A stretch of DNA of 64,000 bases. Source: the human T2T-CHM13v2.0 reference genome, Homo sapiens. The notes below the pieces were generated by a model. That model was not told the origin of the DNA and did not search any database. It was given only the letters and a program-made list of their open reading frames with translations. Each line of letters starts with the position of its first letter. Within the stretch, counting starts at the first letter, position 1. The stretch is from assembly GCF_009914755.1 (NCBI RefSeq), contig NC_060940.1, one strand, 5' to 3'. Shown here piece by piece: positions 1-18,500 of this stretch. A program made the position numbers and the translations under genes.

Positions 1-410
1 ATGGGATTGCAGCTCTTCCAGTGCAGAGGCGGGGTCCACTTCCCTGCCCCCTGGATCTGGGCTGGCCGGGGGACTTGCTTTGGCTGGGGGCAGGATGTGG
101 CACAAGGGATGTCAGATGACCCTGAGCCTGGACGTCAGCGGCGGGCAGCCCCACTAGCCCTCTGTGGAGCCCCCACGTGAACACGCCCAAGATGAGACAC
201 ACGCAGGACAGGGTTGGCCCGGCCACTTGGTGGAGCTGGACTGACCGTGGCTGACCACGGACCAGCCAGCAAACCCAGCCACGCCCAGAAGAACCACCCC
301 CCTGAGCTTGCCAAAACTGCCAACCTAAAGAACTGTGAGCCAAAGAAGGGTGGTTGCTTTGAGCCACTGTTTGAGGGTAGCTTGTTACATGGCGATAGCT
401 GACTGATACA
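1..410 (+). mobile_element. MaLR LTR relic (MLT1 family)
   Basis: 3' end 'tttgagccactgtttgagggtagcttgttacatggcgatagctgactgataca' and 5' 'gacttgctttggc' resemble MLT1 consensus segments (recalled). Confidence 0.6.
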
Positions 411-629
411 CTTTGGTACTTAGAATCTCAACATATCAGAGCTGCAAGGGACCTGAGAGACAATCAAATTTCACAGCTGGTGAGAGGGAGGCTGGGAAGC
501 TGGAGAAGAGAAGTGACCCATCTTGTCTCTAGCCGAACTAGGCCTCAGATGCCAATGCTGCACTTGCCCTCCGCTACTCCACACCTCATTCCTCCGTGGG
601 GGGGTCTCAGCCGGGACCAGCAATTCCAC

Positions 630-1350
630 CTTCAGGAATGCATTCTCAGGACATGTGCACAAACAGTGATCTACAAGGATGTTTGTCACAGCATCGTTTA
701 TGAGAATGACAAACGGAATAAATACGATGACTCCTCAGAGAGGGCTGGGTAGATAAATTATCTACTCGACACAAAACTAAGGAACCTGAAAATCACACCG
801 TGGCCACCTTCATTTTGGAAAGCTGTTTGTTGGTATCTGCTGACTGGAACAGTCACAGCTGCTGGAATAGCCGGCTCACTCCTGGGCACAGAACCTGCAG
901 AAGAGCCAACCCACAGACACAGGTGCCTCCAGAGCAACAAGCCACAGCTGCACCGGCCACTTCCTCAGCAAGCGTGCACCGAGGTAGAGGGACACGAGGC
1001 TGCAGCACGGCCATACAATGGAATACAATACAGCAAGGAAAAAGGACAGGCCCACCAAGTACAACACTGCACACGGTCTCACAAATGTACAGCACTGCAA
1101 GCGCTCTCTCACAAACGCGGTGGCCAGGCCCCGCAGAGCATGGGATGCGAGAGTCCGTTTCTAGAAAATTCAGAATCAGGCAGCAACACTCTGTGATGCT
1201 AGAGGTCAGGAATGGTGGCCACCCTGACAGCGCAGTGACCAGAGGGGGATCGGAGGCCTTGGGGACAGGTCGGAAAACGTTTGTCAGGCCCATAGCCGTG
1301 TGCACGTGATGCTTTGTGGTGCACACTTCTGTGTGCAGTGCTGCGAGCAT
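630..1350 (+). mobile_element. Old L1 (L1ME-like) 3'-end fragments
   Basis: 'aaggatgtttgtcacagcatcgttt', 'ccatacaatggaatacaatacagca' and 'tgatgctagaggtcaggaatggtgg' resemble L1M ORF2-end/3'UTR sequence. Confidence 0.55.
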
Positions 1351-2345
1351 ACATTTAATTGCAAAAATGATGTCACGGGACGCTCTCTATTGACATCCCC
1401 TATGAGTGAACATCAACAAGGCGACAAAGCATGAGGTTCTATTTTGGAAATAAAAACACGCACAGAAAGACGACTAGACCAAAAATGTGATCGTGGTTGC
1501 CGGGCAGGACGCTGTCGCAGCCATCACAGTCTTGCCATGTTTTTAAAGCGACCAGGGTGAGTCTGGGCCTGTCCTCTGGCTTAAGCCCAGAGCCCCTAGC
1601 CATCAAAGGTGCCATCAAAGGTGCCCTGACCCTCTGCCCTGCACCCTGTGGACAGTGCCCAGGGCCTGGTCTTCTACAGCACCCTGCCGGTTGAGCAAAG
1701 CCTGGAAAGGCTGGGGGAGAGTGGTGAGCTCAGAGGCTGGAGTGAAAAATCTTCCCTGCTCCCCAAAGGGCCGCAAATGGGACCCAGATGTCTGGGGCCT
1801 GCTTGCCCCGTGGCCGCACACAAAGGAAGCACATTCCTTGCCCAGCTGCTAGAGCTGCGCTGCCAACAGCAACTCCCTGAGCGCCCTGGGGGAGGTGGCC
1901 CCACAATCTGGGCCGCCCGCTGCCGGGGCGGGGTGGGGGTGGGGGTGTGGCTGCCAGCCGGGGGCAGGGGTGGAGGGAGGAAGGGGCGCTGTCCTTACCC
2001 AGCACTGGCCCTGGCACCCTGGGAGTCCTGGGGGTAGCGGGTCCCTTCTCTTGTCTCCATGCCCCCAAGCCACCAAGGGAGGCAGCCGAATTGCAGACAA
2101 GCAAGCTTCCGTTGAGGATCCGTGTGCTGGGGGTGCCGCCAGGTGGTGGCGTGGGTGTGGGGTGGGGAGGAGGCGTGGGTGTGGGGTGGGGAGGAGATGG
2201 GGCTGGGGGGCCTATGGGTGGGTCGCGGGGTGGGGAAACTGGTGGGTGGTGGCCTCCTGCTCTGGGTCTGCCTATCTGAGTGAATTCTCCAGTCTGATCT
2301 CAACTCAGAGGAGGGACAGCTCCTTCAGGAGCTCCACAAGCAGCA

Positions 2346-2720
2346 TGGAGGGGGGAGCGTGGAGGGGGGAGCGTGGACGGGGGCAGCGTGGAGGAGTGGA
2401 ACGTGGAGGAGGGGAGAGTGGAGGGGGCAGCATGGACGGGGGCAGCATGGACGGGGAGAGCGTGGACGGGGGGAGTGTGGAGGGGGAGCGTGGAGGGGGA
2501 GCGTGGACAGGGGGAGAGTGGACGGGGGAGCGTGGACGGGGGGAGCGTGGAGGGGGGAGCGTAGAGGGGAGCGTGGAGGGGGGAGTGTGGAGGAGGAGCG
2601 TGGAGGGGGAGCGTGGACGGGGGAGTGTGGAGGGGGAGCGTCGACGGGGGAGCGTGGACGGGGGGAGCGTGGAGGGGGAGCGTGGAAGGGGGAGCGTGGG
2701 GGGGGAGTGTTAAGGGGGAA
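2346..2720. repeat. G-rich minisatellite (~15-17 bp unit, GGGGGAGCGTGGA[C/G])
   Basis: Visible tandem units, each with a G4-G6 run. Confidence 0.9.
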
Positions 2721-2877
2721 GTGCAGAGAACGAGCAGACACGTGGGCTAGACACAGGGTGGGCGGGCGCCCTGGTGGGCTGTGTGGCTGGTCACCTCAGT
2801 CAGAATCTCGCCCTCTCTGGGCCACTCCCTGCCACCTTCCCCTCTCAGGAGCGTCACGGTGCCCTCTATCCATTAGG

Positions 2878-3478
2878 CATGTGTGCGTGTGAGTGTGCAT
2901 GCATGAGTGTACGTGGGTGCATGGGTCTGTATTCATGTGTGTCCATGGGTGCCTGTGTGCATGGGTGTGTGTCCGTGTGTATATGTGTGCACTCGTGTAC
3001 ACATGGGTGTATGTGTGCATGTGTATTCATGCATGTGTGTATTCATGTGTGTGCATGGGTGTGTGTCCGTGTATGTGTGCACTCACGTGTACATGTGGGT
3101 GTGTGTGCATGTGTATTCATGCGTGTATTCATGTGTGCGCATGGGTGTGTGTCCGTGTACATGCACTTACATATACATGTGGGTGTGTGTATTCATGTGT
3201 GTATTCATGCGTGTGCATGGCTGTGTCTGTGTATATGCACTTACATATACATGTGGGTGTATGCGTGTGTATTCATGCGTGTATTCATGTGTGTGCATGG
3301 GTGTGTGTCCGTGTATATGCACTTACACATACATGGGGGTGTATGTATTCATATGCGTATTCATGCGTGTGCATGGCTGTGTCCGTGTGTGTGTGCACTC
3401 ACGTGCACATGTGGGTGTATGTGTGCGTGTGTATTCCTGTGTGTATTCGTGGGGTGGGTGTTGCGTGTGCATGTTGTC
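2878..3478. repeat. Degenerate (TG)n/(CATG)-rich purine-pyrimidine tract (second copy 9279-9879)
   Basis: Visible low-complexity tract; source of the Cys/Val/Met/His ORFs. Confidence 0.9.
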
Positions 3479-3915
3479 TGGTAAGGGCTGTGTGACCTCA
3501 GGGATGGCTGCAGAACACTCCGGCCTGAGTGAAAGGTGGTCTGATCTGCAGACAGAGCTTCTCTGGAAGGAAGAAGGGCGGCCCCTGGGGAGAGGTGGGT
3601 GGGCTGGGTGGGGAAGGGGGATGGGGGGCTCCTTTGCCTTCCCTCCTTGCCTCCCAGCCCTTTATTGTATGCCACATCCTTGTTTTATTTTTAAAAATGC
3701 CTCTTGGCCACTGGCACAGGCCCCTCCTTGCTACAGCCCCTGGGGGTGAAGGCGAGACTGCTAGGTGGAGTGGCCAACAGAGAGGAGGTCAGGCTGGCTG
3801 TCATATTGGTTACTAGACAGGCGTGGAGGGGCCAACAGAGGGGAGGGCAGGGTCTCGAACGTTGTATCAGTTACTAGACGGGCGCAGAAGCACGGATTCT
3901 TTTAGAAAAAGAGGG

Positions 3916-4075
<160 letters not shown>

Positions 4076-4760
4076 GAACTGGTGGAATCTGAGATCATCG
4101 GCTGTCGGCTGACCCCAGGCCCGGGCTGCAGGAGTTAGCTGGCCCTGCCCTCTGCACAGCCACATGCCTGGACTTAGGTGTGGAGCAGAAAGTCCCACAG
4201 ACAACCCCAGACACAAGCGGAGCGGAGAACCTTCCAGGAAGAGGCTGCACCTGGTTCTGAAGGCTGCGGAACTGGCACCGTGGGAGAAAGGTGCCACCGT
4301 GGGAGGGGAGGGCCTGCCCCGGGGAGGGCACAGAGGCTGGGATGCTGGGGACAGGCAGGTCACACAGCCCTGGGAACGGGACCCTCCCACGTGCAGGGCC
4401 TGCAGGGAAGGCTCAGCTGTCTGCGGAGGGTCTGGAAACCCCTGGAAACCTGAGGCCTCTGTTAGGATTTTCCACCAATGAGGCGCCAGGGGAGGCTACA
4501 CCGGTTCCCAAAGTGTCGTCGCTGTTTAAAAAAATGTGTGAATTGGCTGCAAATCACCTTGAACTCTGCAGAGGGCGGCTGCCAAGTTTAAAGTCAGCCA
4601 CTGCCGGTGTGGACGCTAAGGAATAATTAGGGTCTGGCGGCTCATGGTGCCCCTGCGTCAAGTCAAGAATGTTTTCCCTGAAGTGCCAGAATGTTCCCCC
4701 AGCAACCCCCAGCAGTGTCATAAGTGTGACATGTGATGTGCGCACGTATGACACACACAT

Positions 4761-4850
4761 GCAGACGAGAGTGTGCGTGAAGACGAGAGTGTGGGTGTGG
4801 ACGACAGAGTGGGTGCGGAGGAGAGCGTGGGTGCGGACGAGAGTGTGGGG
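4761..4850. repeat. Short 18-bp tandem repeat (gacgagagtgtgggtgcg-like, ~5 copies); copy at 11162-11251
   Basis: Visible. Confidence 0.75.
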
Positions 4851-5821
4851 TCACAATCCCCTCTGTCCCTCCGGGGTGCGTGGAGGGACCCCAGGAGACG
4901 GTGCAGGCGAAACCCACAAATCCTAGCAGCCCAGACAGGACTTTAGAGGTGGCCTCCCTGGAGTGGAGGAGTGGACAGCCTGGGCTGGCTTTGCCCTGGG
5001 GCTTCCCGCCACGTCCTGTGAGCTGGCATGGCCAGGCTGTGCAGGAAGTGGCCCCCATGGAGAGACAGCGTGGCCTCCCTGGTGCTGACTGCAGGAAGCC
5101 CCTGGGACCCCAGGACCCTGGGCCGGGGATGCCTGTGGCTTTTCTTTCTCACCCCCACCCAAATGCAAACACGCGCACAAATGGCCTTTTGCTTCTCAGT
5201 TTTTTGACACTGAGGCACCAAGCTGGGCCCTCCCTGATCCCTGCAGGCCGGGGGTGAAGGGAGGCCTGGGAGAAGACCCCACCATGGCCTGGGCCCTGTC
5301 CTCTTGCCCTGGCATCAGAAGGGGCCCTGATCCCCCTGCCTTCGCAGTGTGGGCTGTGGCTGCCCCTGGGACCAGCTGCATCACAACGAGGTCCCAGCCC
5401 ACAGCCGTGGGGAGGCCTTCGCCACTCTCACCTCCTGGACAGGGTGGGGCTCCCGCCCCTCCAGAGCCCACACGGTTACTGGCACAGGCCCTGAGCTCCA
5501 AGCGTGCGGCCCACCAACCTCCTCAAAATTTGTGGCTGTTGCTGGTTTTATGTTGTGAGCCCCACACAGGAGGCTGGGTGGCCTCCAATGCCTCCAGGAG
5601 GGAGGGCTGAGCAGAGCTATGCCCAGGCCAGAGCCCCCAGCCCAGAACATTCTGTCTTCTTGCCCTAAGAACTTTTGAAATGTCCCAGAAGTTCCATGGC
5701 AGGTCACCCACATGGCCCAGCCCGGCCTCCCACGGCAGGGGGTGCCGAGAACCTTGGAGCCACACGGCCTCCAGGGTTGGTGCTGAGAGAGGTCGGAGCT
5801 GCAGGCTCGCCGGGTTATCAG

Positions 5822-6441
5822 TGTAAAAAAGTAGAGGTTCCCCTTCAAAGATACTTTCCTCCCCGTCTAATTAGGAATAAACAGTAACTTCTCTTAGAAG
5901 CAAAATTTATTCAAAGACCTGTGCTGACATTCTTAAATATCTGCTAGCCTTAATAAAGAAATCAATGTACTTTATGTTCTTAGCTCCCACAATTTAGCCT
6001 AAGTATCTGCCCTGGCATGTTTATACTGGTCGAAGCAAGCATTAGGTCACGGCCTGTTCCTCTTCCTTATTTGAAGGTGTTTTTACCTTTCTCAGCATTC
6101 CACAAATTACTTCCTCCTTCCTTTGTTCTCCTCTGCCTTTGCCTCTTTTAAAAAGTTCTAAGTTGCGAGCCAATCGGGACAAATACAGAATGTGAGGTCC
6201 CGTTCCAGCCAATGGAAACCGGACACAGCAGTAGGTATAAAAAAACCGGACACAGCGTCAGGTTATAAATGACCCTGGTCTCCTTCATTCGGTGTACTCT
6301 CGTGGCAAAACTGCTGGCGAGTGTACCCTTTCTGCAGAAAGTAAATATGGCCTTGCTGAGAGAATTAAATTTACGTTCAAGTGCTATTTCTTTGCAGCAC
6401 CAGGGAACAAGCACTCTATTTCTAAATAAACATTCCTAACA
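5822..6441 (+). mobile_element. ERV1 solo LTR (LTR10-like, probably LTR10C), 620 bp
   Basis: TG...CA termini with a 4-bp target-site duplication TCAG (5818-5821 and 6442-6445). Two CCAAT boxes and TATA-like motifs; AT-rich island in GC-rich flank. Subfamily from recalled consensus. Confidence 0.85.
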
Positions 6442-7114
6442 TCAGCGTGGCCTCAGGCGCTGTCCCTACCGCCCGGTATTCACTCAGCCTTACGGGTAAG
6501 AAGCTCAGTGCCCATGGCCATGATCACAAGGGCAAAACCCACTCCTCGAATTCTCCAAACTGCACGCATGGTGCAGGGCAAGCGCGGGTGTTCCCTCCCA
6601 CCCAGAGCAGCCTCTCCGCGGAGTCCCCGGGCGGGACCCCAGTTACTTCTGAGCACGTGCAGTCTGGTGCATGTTTACTCTAAAAAGAAAGACAAGGATG
6701 GTGCCTACAAGAGGAACTGTTGGAAAGTCAGTGTCGCTCCACGTAATCCGTGGACACTGTTTCAATGCAGGTCTGGAGGCCGCATCAGACCCCGCCCCAC
6801 ACTGCAACTCCTGGGCCTCGGTTCCTTCATCTGCACAAAGGGGCCAATGATAGCGTCTCCCTGGAGAGTTACCTTGGGAAGCAGCATGAGAATTGATGAG
6901 AATTAAAGCGATTTACAAGTGCAGGCATACAGCAAGTGCTCAATTAGTGCCAGTCTGTAAACCAGCAGCTTCCCGAGCACTCTGCTCAAGGATTCAACCC
7001 GCTCCCTGGGGTGGGCGTTCCTGCCTCCCTCCTTCCCCAGATAGTGAAAGGGTCAGGCGGTGTGCGCCCGAGGCCTGCCGTCCTCCCACACCAGGGACTC
7101 GCAAGTCAGCTGAC

Positions 7115-7846
<732 letters not shown>

Positions 7847-9197
7847 TAAACAGCAGGGCCAAACTCACTGGGGAGGCATCTTGGAGAGCAGCGGGACGGG
7901 TGTCTCCACAACCTGGAACAACACATCCTTTCTCTGAGTTTAAAGAAAACAGGCTGCTCTGGAGGCAAACCTTTTAAACAGATGTTTCCTCTTGGCGGAA
8001 CCTCCCTGCTCCGCCCCCACCCTGGGCCTTCCCCCAGGCAAGGCCTGCCCGGCTCTCACAGGGCGGAGGCCTGGGGCAAGGGAGACCAAGTGATTTCAAT
8101 TCTTTCTAGGAAAGGGGAGGAAAATATTTTTAAAAATGTGTTTTACAAGCCTGCCTCTGCCATTGTTGATGTAAACAGGTAAATTGTTTCCTGCCTCAAT
8201 TAAAAACATCTGCCACATAAATGAATACCAATTAACTCATCCTGTTTTTAATTACTCTGTTAATTACACGCAGGCAGCAGAAAGGATGGGCGGGGGGAGC
8301 AGGGAAGCCGAGCCGATCCTCCGTGCCACGCCGCCCCACCCCAGCTTGGCAGGATCGGAAATGTGTCTGGCTGGTGACGGATGGGGTGGCAGGGAGGTGG
8401 TGGCACGTGGCCAGCCGGGATTTCCCGATCCAGGGCGGCGAGTGGGCCCCTCTTCCCGGGATCTCCCTGGGTGGGGTCCAGCCCCTGCCCCTCTCCTGCC
8501 CTCCCTCTCTGTCTGCAGCCCCCTGCTCACTTCTTGGGCCACATTTTGCTGGGGGAGGGAGGGGGGGCGGTTGGGGGGAGGCCTGGATTTTGTCCAGGAA
8601 GTTCTGCCTTAAGGCTGGGGTGGTAGGAGGATAAGAGTCACCCTAAACAGGACCCCTGGGAATTAGGATCCTGTCAGCTGCCATTTCCTGAGCCGTACAT
8701 CCGCGGTGCCGGGGGACTTGCGGCTGCAGCTCCCTCATTTGAAGTTGCTTCCTCGGCGGCACCTGGGACGCCCCCCATATGCGCCATAGCCTTCGTGGTA
8801 ATGACACAGTTTCTCGTTCGCTTGCTTCATTAAATGTCTACCTGGGGAATGGGGACGCCTCACCCCGTCTCACCCAGACCTCTCTGCGCGGCGCATTTTG
8901 ACTCCCAGTTCACACGTGTCAAAGCTGAGGCCCACACAAGCAACTGCCTGTCCAGGGTTAAATCACTGGGACAGGCCAGGGTGAGCCGTGAGCCCAGGGC
9001 TCTGATTTCAGGGCTGGTGTCGATGCCACCAAACGTGTCGTGGCCAGGACATCCCGGGAGCTGGGTTCAACGGCTGAGGCTGGCCTGCGCCACACTTTGG
9101 GTGGGGGTACTTCCGGTCTAAGGGCATCTGAGGGTCTTCACCCAAGAGGGTACCCCATGCCTCCCTGGAAAACAGCCCCCACAGAAACTGTTCTCAC

Positions 9198-15598
<6,401 letters not shown>

Positions 15599-18500
15599 CC
15601 TAGGTTTCTGCAGTCTAAGGATGCGGAGATGGCCAGACCTGGCTGGGCTCTCAGAGCCGGTCTAGCCAGAGTAAAAGTCCTGTCCAGCAGCAGGGCCTAG
15701 GATCCTCCCCGGGAAGACTGCTGCTGCCTTAGCAGGATTGAGGGGGCCGAGGGCTTCGGTGCACTCACCATGTCTGCCCCGGGCACCAGCGTGGGCGCAG
15801 TGGGAAGGGGCTGTATGGGCCTGGAGCATTAGATCCTGTCTGCCCTTTGCAGCACAGAGGAGGCAGGACCTGAGTCCCAGGGCCTGGCCATGCTGATGCC
15901 CGGGGCAGACATTCTGCAAGCAGTCTGCCTCTCCTATCCCACGCCAGGGCTATGCTTGAGGCCTTCCCGAGGGCGGGGTCAAGAATGCACCAATGCCCGG
16001 GACAGCAGCCAACCCACGCCTGTTCCTGGGCAAATCCCGCCTACAGGCCGGGTCCCAGCTTGCAGCCGTCGGAGGGTGGTGGACGGCCCCTTCCTGGAAT
16101 CCCATCCCGACCTCGGAGACGGTGACACCACTGTTCCCGTGGCACAGGCTTTGCCCCTGCGTGGTTTCACATGGCCAACAAAATACTAACTCATTTAACC
16201 TCGGCAGCACCCCCACCCAGGAGGCTGTTCTGTTATATAATCACGACGAAAACATAAACCTCTCACTCTTCCCACCGTACAGATGGGGCAGCAAAGGCCC
16301 AGAGAGGAAGGAACTGCTCAAGGTGCACAGCGGACGGACAGAGCTGGGACCCGACCAGCTCTACACGGCTCTTTACAGGCCCCCAGCGCCCTCACCTAGC
16401 GCACCCCAGCTGCCTGCTCCCACCAGGTCCCTCCAAATACCCCACGTCTCCCCAATTCGCCAAATGTGGAGGGAGAGACGCGGGGGAGTTTGTGATGTGC
16501 TGAGATGGCACAGCAGGTTGGCGAGCTGGGAGCACAGCTTTGGGGTTTGAAGTCAGCGTCCACTGGTGTGGGCGAGTCCCCTGGCCTTGCTGGGCCTCAG
16601 CGTTCTCCCTGTGAAACGGGGGGGACCCGCACCCCCTCCTCATCGCACAGAGGAGGTGAGGATTCGGCGCTTCTGCCCACTGCCCCCTGCCTGCCTCCTT
16701 TTCCAGGCAGGCCACCAGGCTGAGCTGCTAGTTGCCTTGAGGTTTCCTGAGCTGCCAGGGACTTGCACAGAGACCTCAAGCTGAGTGGGGGCCTCTCAGA
16801 CCTTTGGCCACCCATGTTACCCGCCACATCCACTGCCACCAGAAGGGCTGTTTGTTTGGGGCCTTTGAGACAATTTCAGCAACAAATGCACTTCCTGCTG
16901 TGTGAGCTGGGGAGCAACTGAGCCGTGAGGGGGCAGCTGGGGAGCAGCTGGGTTGTGAAGGGGCTGCAGGCTCTGCACAGCCCAGTCCTGGCGCGCAGCA
17001 CAGCTCGGGGAGGGAGGCCAAGCTGCGCATCCTCCGCAACCCGGCTCACACATGTCGCTCCTGCTGTCAGGGTGGGAAGGCTCCGACATGGAGGTCGGCT
17101 TTGGAACTCGGGCTCTGGGCTCCTGGGCTGGACACCGGCACCGTCTAGGTTGGGGAGGCTCTGGGAAAGACCAGAATGCCGAACCCACCCCCGAGGACCG
17201 TCCTCTCTCAAAGGTGGGGCCGGGGGAGGAGCCCAGTCAAAGGTGAGAGGCCAGGCTCACTGGCCAGGACTTTGGAGCATAGATCACCACAGTGCAAGGA
17301 CCACGAAGACCCTGGGATCTCATGCTGAGGGTGCACAGCCCGGCAAGGGTGCACAGCGACCCAGCCATGGTTACAGCAAAGACCGCGGGTGGAGGTGGGG
17401 GCGTGGTCAGGCAAGGTCACAGCAACCCAGCCAGGGCTAAAGCAAGGAGCCAGGGTGGGAGGGCCGCGCCTGCTGGGCTAAAGCAAGGACCCCTGCGGTG
17501 GGGCGGGGCAGGTGGTGGTCATGTCTACCCTGGAGGGGCTACACCTGCTGGGCTGAGTCCCAGTGAGCCTGAGTGAAGATCTGCCCTCTCTGGGCCCCGC
17601 CTTCCTTGCTATTCCCTGGGAGCTGCAACGGCTGTGCTGACGTGGGGCACACTGCGTGCCTTCAGGACCGCTCCAGTCGCCCTGCACAAGCTCCGCCCTG
17701 GCCCTGCCTCCCTGGGGCCGCCGACCACAAGGAGGCTAGACTCTGCTGAGACAAAAGGAGAGGGACCCGGGGTCCAGGAAGGTGGGGAACGAGGCTCTCG
17801 GGGGCGATGGCTGGGATGGCCTTGGAGACGGGTCCAGCAATGGGCAGACACAGGCCAGGGGGAGAAGAGCGGGCGGAGGGCCCAGTGGTGGCTGCGGGGG
17901 CCACCAGGGCAGCTCTCGGTGCTGTGTCGTGGGGCCTCGAAGCAGCTGGAAGCAGGGAGTGGCCCCTGCAAGGCAGCACAGGACAAGCCTTGTGGCTCCC
18001 AGAGGCAGAGCCCCATGGCCGGGAGCATGAGGTCACTCTCGTCAGACAGCCTCTGCTGCCCAGATGCAGATGGTCTCACCCATTGCCCCAGCTGGCCGGA
18101 CGCGGCGGGGACAGCCAGGCACTGGGGGCCAAGCAGGTGCAGGAAACCACCTGTTGAATTTAGACCCAATCAGGGGCTGTGAAGGCGAGTCCTGCCCACA
18201 GCTTCGGGCTGATGGAGGCCGCTGCCACCGCCTCCCACCTCACTGAGTGCTCTCTCCACCAAGGCCACAGAGCCACACTCCCCGCCACCACGTGTGGGTG
18301 CAGACAGTGAAAACTGAGGGACGGCCCTGAAGAAATTACAAGCCACCGGTCACCGTGGCCAAGCCCAGGGCTTGCTGTGTCTGCGAGGGGTCTCAGCTCT
18401 GCACCAGCCCAAGGGGGAAGCAGTGGAGAGAGAGGGACCCGCCCGGAATCACACAGCAACGGCCTCGTCCTGGACACCGAGCTCGCTGACCCTGGGGCAG

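Noticed and set aside
2774-3749. 200-280 aa Cys/Val/Met/His-rich ORFs (and their copies)
   Set aside because: Translation of a degenerate (TG)n tract, open in all three frames.
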